Positions 25,621 to 39,379 are shown, counted from the first letter of the stretch. The stretch is DNA of 64,000 nt from Octopus sinensis (GCF_006345805.1 NC_043004.1:23436001-23500000); one strand, 5' to 3'. Program-made: numbers and translations. Notes: generated from the sequence alone by a model not told the origin.

Positions 25621-28600
25621 TATTTCTTAGGCAAAAAGTATGATAGAATATTTTTATCACCAACTTAAAATATCATCTAACCCCTTAGCATTTAAACTGA
25701 TTATATCTAGTTCAAAATATTTTATTTGTTTTACATTCAAACTGAAAGGATCCAACTCATCACACCTATTCTACAATGCTATTCTAAAAGTAAAAAATTA
25801 CATCCCTGAAATTCAAAGCTACAAGATAATGCACATGATTAATTCAAAACCATGTCAATAAACAAGTATTACACTTGACAAAGTAATTTGAATTTAAAGA
25901 GTTAAAGCATATGACAACACAGCTAGATAGTTGGAATATCTGCTGGTTATTCTACTAGGTGTCATACTATCAATTAAGTAGACTTAGGTTATATTCAAGT
26001 GGAGCTGCTTTGTGGTAGCTGGAAATTCTAATATGTAATATGATCCATGCAATTATGTTTATTATAAGTCTAATTTATCTGAAATTATTGCCCTAACAGT
26101 AAACAGTTAAGACTTATGTTCCAGCTGGCATTACTTTGTGGTCTCATATTTTTGTCCATAATGATGTGGCACAAAAGCCCTTACATACACCATATATCAG
26201 ACCATATTGTATTGTACAAGCATATCCTAAATGTGTATTATCAATGCACATAGTAAAAGAAGAGACAGTCAGCATTAATAATGTTTAAAAAACAATGTAC
26301 ACTGATGCAAATACAACTAAAACAACTACATCACCACACACAACATCAAATTCACTTATACATAAACACTTTCAGCACATAAAAGACATTACCACTAAGC
26401 ACAAACACATTTGTTATATATAATGTTTCTGTGCTATAGCAATTTATACATTTATTGGACTATTTTGAACTATGTACATACTGTGAACTTTTTGCTCTAA
26501 TGCTTTCTGTGATGTTTTAGATAATTTATTTGCTTTTGTTGTTCAAACGGCTAATTTTTGTGTTGCATCTTTTATCTCTTACCTTTTAACTGCTTCAGCC
26601 ACAGACAGCAGCCATGCTGGAGCATTGCTTCAAAGGGTTTAAATCAGTGGTTCTCAACTGTGGTCCATATGATTCTTGGGGGTCCTTATAGGATTTTCAG
26701 TGTTCACACAAGCAAAACACTAAATTGAAGATCCACATTTTGATTAAGATGGATATATTGTAAGAAACTGCTAGATTCTCATTTTTGTTTCTGCCTGTTC
26801 TTTTTCACTGCCTGCTTGATCATTATTATCATTATTATTGTTATTAGTATTGATTAAGAGAGCAGTGCATGCCATCAAAGTGACACTGGGGTACAAATAT
26901 ACGAAGCCCAGTATACCTATCATGACTACCCATATGATAAGGGTACACCAGGCACATGTATCACAACCATATGTGCATGACATGGTGATCTTATATCAAG
27001 ATAAATGGCATATGACCTTGCAGTTGGGGCCCAGTTTGAATTTCCTTCAGATTGAGTAGTCTATCCCACTCAAAAGATTATTATCATCATCATCACCATC
27101 ATCATTATTATTATAAGGTGACTAGCTGGCAGAATTGCTAGCATGCTGGGTGAAATGTTGAGCAGTATTTTGCCCGTTGTTATATTATGAGTTCAAATTC
27201 TGCTGAAGTCAACTTTACCCTTTCATCCTTTCTGGGTCAATAAATTAAGTACCAGTCAAGTACTGGGGTTGATGTGATCAACTATACCCCTCCCACAAAA
27301 AGCAAAATAAATTATTATTATTATTATTATTATTAAGGTGACAAGCTGGCAGGATCATTACCATATCAGGAAAAATGGTTCAAAGTATTTCTTCTGACTT
27401 TACATTCTGAGTTCAAATGCTGCTGGGGTTGATTTTGTCTTTCTTTCTTTCAAGATCATAGGTACCAGTTGAACATTAGTGTTGTTGCAATCCACTTAAC
27501 CCCTCCCTCAATATTGCTGGCTTTGTGTCTAAATTTGAAACCGTTTTTATTACTTTTATTATCGTTTCTAATTCTGTGACATAAGGTAGATGAGAACAAC
27601 ATTTTTCCGTCATTGGTGATTTTTCCAGAGATAAATTTACACTGTCAGCTAAAAAATATTTTTGGAACCATAAAGTGCAATATGTTTGTCTGAATTTCTG
27701 CTTTAAATTGGTAAAAATCTTTTGTAGAGAGTTTTTTTTTATGTTGCAGCAGATCAATGGAAAATATTTGAGGATGATCCAAAATCTGGATAATGTCTTG
27801 TGTTGGCGCTACATTAAAGTCAATATGTCATGTACAAAGCAGTGAGCCAGCAGAAACCTTAGCATGCCAGGCTTAGCAGTATTTCGTCCTTCTTTACATT
27901 CTGGGTTCAAATTTCATTGAGGTTGACTTTGCCTCTCATCCTTTCAGGGTCAAAAACATTTAAGTACCAGTTGAGCACTGGGGTCAATGTAATCGACTTA
28001 GCCCCTCCCCTTAAATTGTTGGCATTGTGCCAAAATTTGAAATCAATATATGTCATGTATATGGACTGTCTCATCACTCCCACAAATAAAAGTTCAGCAA
28101 GACACAGCTCTTTTACTGTTTTAATCTTTTACTTGTTTCAGTCATTTGACTGTGGCCATGCTGGAGCACCGCCTTTAGTCGAGCAAATCGATCCCAGGAC
28201 TTATTCATTGTAAGCCTAGTACTTATTCTATCAATCTCTTTTGCCAAGCGATGTTAGGGGGACAAACACAAACACATACATATACATATATACGTTGGGC
28301 TTCTTTCAGTTTCTGTTTACCAAATCCACTCACAAGGCTTTGGTCGGCCCGAGACTATAGTAGAAGACACTCGCCCGAGGTGCCACACAGCCACTCCTGC
28401 GCCTACTGTACACTTTTTAGTTCAATGTCTTTGAAGAAAGTATGATGGTGTTGGTAGTGATGGAAGGCTTGATTTGTTGAACAATCTGTGCAAAGAATAT
28501 TATTATAGCGGATGTGGCTTGTGCAGAGCCAGTTCCTTTCTTTCATCTTTCGAACAATTATTGGTCTGGTGCAACGAGCACCGCAAGACCAGTAGTTATC

Positions 28601-28930
28601 AGGAGGCAGAATCTGTGCGAAGCTCTTAGATGAGCACCTAAAGAGCTGAAGGACTGCATAAGACCTAGGCCCTTTGGGGTGCCTGTAAGTGACCTTCTTT
28701 CGGAGGTAATTCCATAGCTGGTACTATAGCTGGGACCTATAGCTGGGACTATTAGCTGGGACCCCAACAAGTGCTACTACTCCAAGTCAGAATAGACCTG
28801 GGAACAATTGTGGTTGGAACTCTTAAATCAGGGTCCCACTACTGATGCAGTTTAAAGTAATACCCTGTATGATATAGTATAGCTAGGATTAGTTGTGGAA
28901 TCAGGATTAATGTGATACTAGTCTGTTTAC

Positions 28931-28988
28931 CTGCTTCTCTTCAAAGACAATATTTTTCCACCTCTTTCCTTTCTTAGAATCAATGTTT
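28931..28988 (-). CDS. Tentative exon of the unidentified gene
   Basis: Donor CAG|gtaaac. With acceptor tttacaag|A it gives NIDSKKGKRWKNIVFEEKQ (phase 2-0, joins the 22649 exon). An alternative acceptor at 29032 gives ELTASPLLLLNDLQETLILRKERGGKILSLKRS in another frame. Ambiguous. Confidence 0.3.
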
Positions 28989-30874
28989 CTTGTAAATCAT
29001 TTAGCAACAGTAAAGGAGATGCTGTGAGTTCTCTGTGGGTTTGTTCATTTAAAAGAAGTATCTTCTCTCTTTTATCTTTTACTTGTTTCTGTCATTAGAC
29101 TGTGGCCATGCTGGGGCATTGCTTTGAAGAATTTTAGGCAAATGAATTGACCCAAGTAGTTCATTTTTTTAAGTGTGGTGCTTATTCTATCGATCTTTTT
29201 TGCTGAACTCATAAGTTACAGAGATGTAAACATGCCAACAGCAGTTCTCAAGTGTTGGAGGTGGCACAAACATGGTCACAAAGACGGTCTTTTTTCTGAA
29301 ACCACCAAGTTATAGGGACATAAACACACCACCACCTGTTGTCAAACACAGACAAACACACATGCACATGCACGCACACTCACACACACATACACCTGCA
29401 TGCACACACATACGATGGGCTTATTATAAAAAAAAATGTCTTATCTGAGGCGTGTGCAAAAACTTTACTTCTTTTGTGACAAGATTTTATTGTTTGTCAA
29501 CTGATGCCATCACCACCACTACCACCACTGCAATCACTACCACCACTGCAATCACCATCACCACTGCTGCAACCACCACCACTACTACCATCATTGAAAA
29601 ATAGAGATTTGGTGCCTTGTTATTTCTTTGTTGTGGCATTCTTCGGGCTTCTTAGATTGTTATTCACCAAATGGTTTCTTCATTGTAGAAATAGTGGTGG
29701 TAGTGGTGGCAGTAGCAATGGTTGTGGTGGTGGTGGTGTTGGTGTTGGTGGGGTGTTAATAGTTGTGGCTTGTGCTACAAATAGTAGTGATCTTACTGGT
29801 GGAGGTAACAGTGGAGGTAGTAGTAGTGGTTGTTGTAGAAGTGTTGGTGATAGTAGATGATGGAGATAAAGGTAATGGTAGTACTATCTGAACTGTGTCT
29901 CGTGGAATATTCCTTTCATTGTCTCTCTGAGAAACTTGTACATTTAGTCAACTTAATGAGGTCTTTGTATCTCCATACATGTGATAAAGATCTTCAAATA
30001 ATCTCTATCACTTGCAGGCATTTTCAATCAATTGCCAGCAGATTGCTGTGAAGACAAATACGCAATTTCTCTAATTGACAATTCTAGTTTACTATTTCTT
30101 TTTAACCTTTTCCGGACCATGTTTCAAAGAAAATACACCTTTTCAGTTAATCTATTTTAAATATCAAGAATTTAAAGGAATTTAGTAAAATGATTTTTCA
30201 TTATCATTATTAATTTGATCTTTAAAAGCAGTGAGCTGGCAGAATTGTTTGCATGCTAGGCAAAATGCTTAGCGGCATTTCATCCATCTTGTTCTGAGTT
30301 CAAATTCTGCTGAGGTCAACTTTGCCTTTCAAATTTTCAGGGTCAATAAAACAAGTTCCAGCTGAGAACTGGGATTGATGGAATTGACTTAACCCCTCCT
30401 CCTAACTTACTGGCCTTGTGCTAAATTTTGAAACCATTGGAGTATAATTTAAGGAAAAACAAAAATTTAACCAAAAATTAAGGCAAGATTTAACTTGTGG
30501 TTGGAATGACTAAGATCATCTTTTGTATTTTGCATGTTTCGGTCATTGCATTGTGGCCATATTAGGTCCCCACTTTAAAGGGCTTTAGTCAAACAAGTCA
30601 ACTATTTCTTTTGAAGTCTATTAGTTTTTAGTGCAGAACTGCTAAGTTACAGGAATCTAAACAAACCTACACCTGTTGTCAAGCTATATATACATATATA
30701 TGTATAGGCACAGGCATAGCTATGTGGTAAGAAGTTTACTTCCAAACCTCATAGTTCTGGGTTCAGTCCCTCTGTGTGACTCCATAGGTAAGTGTCTTCT
30801 ACTATAACCTTGGGCTGACCAAAACCTTGTGAGTGAATTTGATAGACAGAAACTGAAAGAAGCCCATTGTGTCG

Positions 30875-30905
<31 letters not shown>

Positions 30906-30959
30906 GTGAGTAGACAAAGGAAAGAAGGGCATTCAACAAATTTATTGAGTTACGTGTGT

Positions 30960-31123
30960 GGATCAAAACAGTTTGACTCAAAATTTTTGGTACTCTTGTG
31001 TTTAAAGCATGATGCTAGTCGACAGCCATTTTGAATTTGAATTCAGATTCAAAATGGCTGATGACTCGCATCACACTTGAAACTCAAGAGTACTAACGAA
31101 TTTGAATCAAACTGTTTCGATTC
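30960..31123. mobile_element. Near-loopless palindrome/MITE-like element
   Basis: gatcaaaacagtttgactcaaa...cagccattttgaat / attcaaaatggctg...tttgaatcaaactgtttcgattc. Confidence 0.8.
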
Positions 31124-31363
31124 AAATATATATATATATCGCCATGTTGATTCACTAGCCTCTGCATGCATTTTTTTTCTCTCCTTTTTTTTCTCTCCTT
31201 GTTTCTTTCTGTGTTTTTTTTCTGTGTATCTTTCTGTTGAAGAGTGTAGGCTCGAAATGTAAAAGACTTGTTTTATTTATATTCCTGAGCGCCATACTAA
31301 TACAATTGTTTGTTTGTACTGCACCTGCCTTCGTCTTTTGTTTATTTTCATAAAGCTTCCCGT

Positions 31364-31399
<36 letters not shown>

Positions 31400-31472
31400 A
31401 GTGTATGTATGTTGGCAAAAGAGAAGTTAAATTACTGAAACAGGTAAAGCAATATACACACATACACACACA

Positions 31473-31638
31473 TATGGATTAAGGCTACCATTGGTTTCAG
31501 GTTAAGGGCAGTCCCTCAACACCTATCAAGCCTGTCACATATCATCTGCATGACTAAATGCCAATGTTCCAAGGGATAGGCTTGATAATTGTTAAGGGAC
31601 TTCCCTGAACATGAAACCAATGGTAACCTTAACCCATA
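31473..31638. mobile_element. Fold-back MITE-like element
   Basis: tatggattaaggctaccattggtttca... versus ...tgaaaccaatggtaaccttaacccata; roughly 60-bp arms. Confidence 0.8.
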
Positions 31639-31719
31639 AACAAAGAATTTGTTTACTAAAGCAGTGCTGAGCACTCATTTTCATTGTTCATATATATATA
31701 TATATACACACACACATAT

Positions 31720-31809
<90 letters not shown>

Positions 31810-32930
31810 ATACATACATACATACATATATACATACATATATATGTGTGTGTGTGTGTGTGTGCATACATATATACATATATATAATAGGTTTCCATGC
31901 AGTTTCCATTTACAAAATTCAGTCACAAGGCATTGGTTGGCCCAAGGCTATTGTGAGGACACTTGCCCATGGTGTCACACAATGGGACCGAACCATAGAG
32001 TGCCAAAGTGAGCTTCTTAACCATATAACCACACCCGTACATATTTTGTGATATAAATGTGAACATTTTAAAGTCAAACGGTTTCGTATGTTAGAACTAT
32101 ATATATAGATGGTGGCTCTGTTTAATTTGTATTCAAGAAAGTTATCTAAAACCATATGGTGAGAGTAAGAGAATTCCAAGAATGGTTGAAGAAGGAAATA
32201 TATCTTCAAAATGATAGAGAAATGTGAAGTCAGGTAATTGTTTAATTGTTAAAGTCCCAGATGATCCTATGATCAAAGGAGTGAAAGAGGGAGCCCCAAG
32301 AAGAAATATGATGAAATACTGAAGGACAACCTCAGGACACAGAACCTTACAGTGGCTATGACAAAGGACCAAAATTTCCGGCACCTTGCTGTATTCAAGA
32401 AGACCTGTCCTCCACAGCAGAAGTGTTAATGCCACTCCCCCTGCTGAAGGGGATGATTCTGCAAGAGCCCTGCATTGATGCTCTGAATAAAACACTTGTG
32501 CCAGCACCATGTAAAAGCACTCATGCCAGACCCAACACACATTGTAAAGTGGTTGGCATTAGGAAGGGCATCCAGGTGTAGAAATCAAGCCAAACCAGAC
32601 TGGAACCTGATGCAGCTCTCCTGCAAGCTAGCTCTGGTCAAATCGTCCAGCACATGCGAGTATGGAAAACAGATGTTAAAAGATGATGATGATGATGACG
32701 CATCTATGATCATGATAACTAAAGTGACCTTTCTCTTTTTATGATGGAAAGGTGTAATATCAGAGAGATTGGCTGCTATTTCTAGCAGGTCAGATAACAT
32801 CAAAGAGGTGCTCTAGTAGAAATTTATAACACCAGTTTGACTCATGGAAAAATTCCCCTACCACAATCACCCCCATCCCCGTTGCTCTCACTGTTATAAA
32901 CATATATATCACAGAATATGGAAATGTTAC

Positions 32931-33045
32931 CATTCTTTACAAGTTTTAAGGTCACAAGCATGTGAGGAGAGAGAAGGACAATCAGCTGTGCCACAAGGTA
33001 TTTAACAAGTCCCTCTGCTGACTGTGCTATTTCCATTAACCTCAC
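32931..33045 (-). CDS. Tentative exon of the unidentified gene
   Basis: ttgttaagtcag|GTG...AATG|gtaaca; 115 nt, phase 0-1, the only open frame: VRLMEIAQSAEGLVKYLVAQLIVLLSPHMLVTLKLVKN. Confidence 0.45.
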
Positions 33046-33195
33046 CTGACTTAACAATAATAATTATGGAGACATTTTGACTTGGCAGAAAATGAAGTTC
33101 TATAACGAAGGTAGTGGTGGTGGTAGGGGTTAGTGGTGGGAGAGCAGTTAATTAAATTACACCTCCCCCACATACACACCGTCTTCAGTATATTG

Positions 33196-33228
<33 letters not shown>

Positions 33229-33726
33229 GTATATGTATTGAGAGTTCTTGCAATAGAATATGTGTTACGTTGTCAGAAAGAGAGGAAGTCTTAAAGGAGG
33301 AAGAGGTGGTGATAGAAGTGATGGTGGTGGTAGTGCTGGGGAAATGTCAACTGGTGTTGAACGATTGGAGAGAAAGAAGAGGAACAAGGTGAAGTCATGT
33401 GTGTTATTGGTGGGAATAGGGAAAGAGAGAATAAAAGGAGGGCCCAAAAATTAGAAAAATAGCAGAGAAGGAAATAATGAATGAAGGATTACACACATAC
33501 ATACACATGCATACACACACACACACACACACACAAGCACACACATACATGCATGCTCACACATACATACACACACACAGCAAGATATGTGGACATTGAG
33601 CACAGAGGATGAGCAAACATACTCCCTCAGATATTCGTGTGCATGAACGATTGAGTAGGACGATTTTATTAAAACTACAAGGGTTAAACAAAGAGGAGAC
33701 AATACAAGGGACTGCATTGAATGATA

Positions 33727-34234
33727 TCTATATATATAAAACTGTAGTTGTGTGAGTGTCTGTCCGATTTAGATTCCTAACTACTCCCACATTTTGCGGT
33801 GCAGTTTAACCAAATTCGGGTATCTTATAGTCGTGATTCATATCGAGCCCGTCTGTGTATTAGCGCACGTCTACGATGAGTCTACGATTTTAAAAATAAT
33901 TTAACATCATTTTTTATTCCATTTTAATGCATAATTTTTTGTGTGTCGATGGAGGCGGAGTTGGCGTCCATGGTCACACCTGCACCTGTTTGCTTCTCCC
34001 CCTTCTTCCCTCCCTCATGAAGCTGTGGGGAAGGGAGTGTAAGGAAATCAACGTCGTAAAGCGTTGTCAAGGAGACCAGCGTTCTTTTAGAACAACGACT
34101 TCATGGCTTGAAGACACCAAAACAGAAATGGCTAAGAAAGCCCGAATTGGCATCTATAAGGGAAGTAACTCTCTAAAAATGCTTATATAGTTATTTCCCT
34201 TACAAATCCGAGCAACGCCAGGCGATACTGCTAG
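33727..34234 (+). mobile_element. Non-autonomous Helitron (second copy)
   Basis: a|TCTATATATATAAAACTG...ccgagcaacgccaggcgatactgCTAG|t. Confidence 0.85.
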
Positions 34235-34431
34235 TTAAATGAATAAATATATTATAATTTCGGATGTGAAATGAGAAACAAAAAAATGAATGAACGTGGA
34301 CTGGGTTTGAACCCACCAACCACATTCCTGTGATGCATTGTTTAATTTTGTCCTTCTTTTTTTACTCCACTTAATTTCTTCCATTTACTTCTTTCATCTT
34401 CTTTTGTACTTTCTTTCCTCTTCTTTCGTAC

Positions 34432-34570
34432 TTTTTTTGCCATCAGGCATTTCTTCTCCAGACATGCTTTCCCTCTTAGTTGATATAAAAAGCGGTTCAC
34501 TAAAGCATGCTTGATGTGATACCTCTTCCATGCATCTTCTATATCACCTCTTTCGCTATAGCTATTACAG
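34432..34570 (-). CDS. Tentative exon of the unidentified gene
   Basis: Strong acceptor aattttgttttctag|C; CNSYSERGDIEDAWKRYHIKHALVNRFLYQLRGKACLEKKCLMAKK; weak donor AAA|gtacga (phase 0, would join 33045). Within ORF 34342..34581. Confidence 0.3.
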
Positions 34571-35989
34571 CTAGAAAACAAAATTTCTCTTCTCCTTTTA
34601 GAGAAGATGGTGAATTGATCTTCAATGACTGAGTATGAATGAGTTGAGAAAAAACTGAACAGAAAAGGGATGAAATTCCGCTAAGCATTTTGCCCGGTAG
34701 GTTAATGATTCTGCCAGCTCATTGCCTTTAAAAGATTAAATAATAAAAGTTCTGTGGCACGCATCTTTCTATGATTGACTCATACCCCAATGAGTTTATG
34801 TGACAAAGCGGACACGAAAATTGTGAGCCGTGTAGAAATTTTCAAAGAAGCTAGATCTTACATGTGAAACCAAAGAGATCCAAATACTGCTTCTCATCTC
34901 AAACAGATGAGGTGGCCATGGAGAAGAATGAAGTACTAATTCTGAGAGTGAAGTCCTATCTTTAACCAGCATGCTCATTTGTACACACACACACACACAC
35001 ACACACTCATGCACACGTATGCATACACACGCATACTTTGAAGTTTCAACTGGCTAAGCCACCATTAGACTGTGCAATGATGACTTAGCTGGACAGATAT
35101 AGTGTTTTTACACCTTTTTATCATAAGAGAGAATGCTTTTCTCCTTCAGAAGTTGAAATATGTCACAAACATATTTTAACTAACCTAAAATTCAACTGCT
35201 TGGTGTCAATACTGCTGTATTTTTTTTCTGACATGGTGATCTAATTGTACAACTTAATCAATGTTGATTTTGTTTTAGTTAAGGTTACAGCTCTAACTAA
35301 GTTTGTCCAGAGTTGCTTCTCTTCCATATTTCCCACTGATAATAACTAAAGAACTAGAAAATACATCTGGCTAGGGATGAACAGTTTGACAGGCGCTGGC
35401 ATGCCAGAGGACTATACTGGGCCTCACTCTCTGCTTTGGCGTGGTTTTTACAGCTGGATGCCCTTCCTAATGCCAACCATTTTACAGAGTGGCCTGGGTG
35501 GTTTTTATGTGGCACCAGCACCAGTGGGGTCACCAAGTAACTCGCAAGGCAAAGATCCTTTGAGAGGGGGCTATTGAAGGAGATGGCCTTGTACCAGGTG
35601 ATAAGTGGTCAAAGGGTAACAGAAGAACAAAAATAGGTGTCTTGCTATGGAGGAGATACAAGGCTACTATAGTAAGAGGGAGAGACAGGAGAGAGAGGGA
35701 GTGATCAAGCATGAGAGAGAGCAAGAATGTGGCAGTGCAAGAGAGAGTGAAAAAGAAAAGATGATACCAATGTGCCAGAGTATACTCTCAAAGTACAGGA
35801 ATGAGAATATAAATGGTGGTAGAGTATTGCCAAAGGTGCTTGAGTAAGGAGTAGGGAGTTCACATGAGTGTGAAGAAGTGGTGGGGGGAATGCAGTGAAT
35901 GATGAAAATTATACATAAATCCATACTCATATATATCATCATCAACTTACAGCCATTTTTTCATGTTTCCATAATTAGTCAGGTCTTCA

Positions 35990-36345
35990 GACTTTCTCAA
36001 GCACAACACTTTTTCTTGTCATCTCCTTCTTGTGTTCCTTAATCTTGAGATCTGCCCTCATCATTTTTTTTGGTATCTTCCTTTCAGTCACAGCTTTCTT
36101 CCATTTTGATCATTTGCCACTTCTTAGCCAAATTACTCTGCTCTATACTCTGCTGGATCTTACCAGCAGACAGCTCTCTTGTATCCTTGGCAGTCACAGC
36201 CCATGTTTCACTGCCGTTGAAGCATGGCTGTTTGCACACATGTGCCATACAGTCAACCTTTCACTCTGAGTGAGAAGCCCTTTGTTACCAGCAGAAGTAG
36301 GATCTCTCTGAACTTCACTCATGCTATTCTTATTCTAGCAGCTAC
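35990..36345 (-). mobile_element. RTE LINE 3' fragment
   Basis: Reverse complement matches the RTE C-terminal region at 16850-17300 (cagccatgcttcaacggcagtgaaacatgggctgtgactg). Confidence 0.75.
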
Positions 36346-36349
36346 ACTG

Positions 36350-36396
<47 letters not shown>

Positions 36397-36797
36397 TATG
36401 TGTGTGTTTTTGAGTCTGTGTTTTTTCCCCCCACTGCCATCACTTGACAACTGATGCTGTTATATCCACGTTCAGCAGAAACGACTGATAGAATAAGTAC
36501 CAGCTTACAAAGAATAAGTCTAGGGATCGATTTATTTGACTAAAAGGCAGTGCTCCAACACAGCTCCAGTCAAATGATTGAGACAAGTAAAAGAATAACC
36601 CATTAATAACCAATGTCTTGTTTTTGGAACAAAGATTTTAAATTTGTTATAAATAATATTATAAAGTTGTGTTTCTTTTGCTATATCCTTCATATTTGCA
36701 GTATTCTTCAAGTATACATTTAAATTAGCATATAACAGGAGAAATATAGTTTAAAAACACCTTTCAGAGCTCAGAATGTGTAAAGATTTAAAGATAA

Positions 36798-37234
36798 CTA
36801 GTATTATAACCCGATTTCATTCGGGTCTACTCGGGCCACATTTTAAAGATGAGGAATTTTTTTAAAAAAAACGAAAATTTTATTAAAAATTTAAAAAAAA
36901 ATGAGGGTAAAAAGCACTCGTTTTTTCACAATGAAAAATCGTTTCCTAGTAGCTGGAATTTCACGACAAAATGTATGTTTATTAAGCACAACAGCCTGCA
37001 GTACAATCGCACAAACTTAGAGGGGCTCTGGTCCCCCTTGAATCGATAAAAAATCACTCTTTTTTGCCATAGCAACCACATCTTTATAGCTTGCGAATTT
37101 TAACCATCACGGGTCTCATTCTCACCATACATTTAGTATCCCCACCAATTTTCAGCTCGATCCTAGTCACAGTTTGGCTGTCAAAGCAAAATGTGCGTAC
37201 AATTTTCATCCAAGGACTGTTTTATAGAAATAGA
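36798..37234 (-). mobile_element. Non-autonomous Helitron-like element, different family
   Basis: Minus-strand 3' end acccga-atgaaa-tcgggt hairpin a few nt before CTAG; the 5' end TCTATTTCTATAAAAC resembles the other Helitron's 5' end, but its position is less certain. Confidence 0.6.
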
Positions 37235-37727
37235 ATATTCATGGGCAAATTATAGCCCTTAATGGGTTAAACACAGAAAACAAAATGAATGAAAGAAAAG
37301 AAAAGATCTCTCTCTGAATATATATATATTGAGGTTTTTAATTGTTTGTTTGTTGGAGTGGGATGTGAACAATTTCATATGTAAGACATAAAATTTAAAC
37401 AAATTTAAACACACTTTAAAGACAACTGGTACAATAATGCATATTAAGCCAGGGAATGAATATATGCACAACATATATATACACACATGTATAAATAGCT
37501 ACATCACAAAGTTCTAGAATTTTTCTTGTTTTTTTTTCTTTTTTTAGCTTTTTTTCTTTTGGTTTTTGACCAAATATTTTTTTGTTTCCACATATATTTT
37601 TGTACGTTTTTTTTTCATTTAAATTGGAGAAACTATATCATTATTATTATCATTACATTATCATTTTTATTTCTTAATTTCGAACTGTAAGGAAACAAAA
37701 AACAACAACCTCAGACATTCATATATG

Positions 37728-37771
<44 letters not shown>

Positions 37772-37846
37772 TATATAAATATATATTTATCTATGAATAT
37801 ATATATATATACATATATATATAAATATATATATATTTATCTATAA

Positions 37847-37879
<33 letters not shown>

Positions 37880-38845
37880 TATATTATATATATATATATA
37901 ATATATATATATATATTTATATATATATATAAATTTATATAATTATATATATATATAACATATATACATATATTATATATAATTATATATATATATACAT
38001 ATATACATATATTATATATAATTATATATATATATACATATATACATATATTATATATAATTATATATATATATACATATATACATATATTATATATAAT
38101 TATATATATATATACATATATACATATATTTGTGTATATATATATATATGTGTGTGTGAGTATATATATATATAAATACATGTATATATATGTGTGTGTG
38201 TGTGTATGTATATATATACACACACACATTTATATGTATACACACACATACATATATGTATATGCACATTCATATGTATATGAGTGTGTGTGTGTATACA
38301 TATATATTTATACATATATATAAAATGCACATTCATACATACATGCACACATATACACATCTGTGCATGGTGTGTTTACAAGTGCATATGTGCATGTTGT
38401 GTTATAAAGTGATGTCAAATTTATATTTATATGCAAGTAATATATATATCTTGACACAATGACACCAAACACAAACTCAGCAAATGTTTTATTATTATTA
38501 TTATCATTATTGTTATTTTCCACAACCATTTCCAAAGTTTAGTCCTAGAAATCAAATTTCTTCAGTTTGTTTTGTCTGTCTTTATTCTATATATTTTTTT
38601 CCTTCTGTTTTCGCTTACTGTTATTGTCCAGAGTGATTCAAACATTTTACTTTGGCCTATCTTCCTTTTGTTTGTAATCAATAATAATAATTATTTCTTG
38701 TTAGACTTTTTTTTTTCCAACATGTTCAATGAAAATATTTAGCAAGAGAAATGTAAGAGAAAGTTCTGGTGGGTGTTCATGTCTTGTTGTCTAAATTTGT
38801 GGATTTAATGATGCTTTGGTTGTTGAAGGTGAGTTTCCAGGATTT

Positions 38846-38968
38846 TCAGCTTTGGGAATTTGGTTGTGATATCTGTAGTTGTGATATCTGTTCTGAACTT
38901 TGATTCATAATGCCTTCAGACCCTGGGTCTTCTCCTAGAAGCCAATATGTAATTATCTTTCCTTTGCC
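38846..38968 (-). CDS. Receptor-type guanylyl cyclase, terminal coding exon
   Basis: tacttgtag|GGC; GKGKIITYWLLGEDPGSEGIMNQSSEQISQLQISQPNSQS then TGA. Conserved GKGxxxTYWL end of the cyclase domain; short tail with a 15-nt tandem duplication (QISQL/QISQP). Confidence 0.93.
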   Translation of the reverse strand, partial: GKGKIITYWLLGEDPGSEGIMNQSSEQISQLQISQPNSQS

Positions 38969-39379
38969 CTACAAGTAAATGAAAGAAGAATTATAGAAAT
39001 AAAAAAAAGGGAAGAACTATTATAGAATAAATAAATAAATAGTTCTTTTAAAACAACCAATATAATATCAAAAATGATAATGACAATTTCAAAAATTATA
39101 ATGACTTCTATTTTCTTTTTACTTGTTTCAATCACTTGAGTGTGGCCATGCTGGGGCACTGCTTTGAAGGATTGACTCCAGTACCTATTTTAGCATGGTG
39201 ACATGGGTTGGACAGTTTGACATGCATGACATGGGTTGGACAGTTTGACAGAAGCAGGCAAGCATCAGGCTCCAATTGTCTGTTTTGGCATGGTTTCTAT
39301 GGCTGTATACCCTTCCTAGTTATAAGGATGAAAATACACCAACACCAGTTGTCAAACACTGGTGGGGACAAACACAAAC

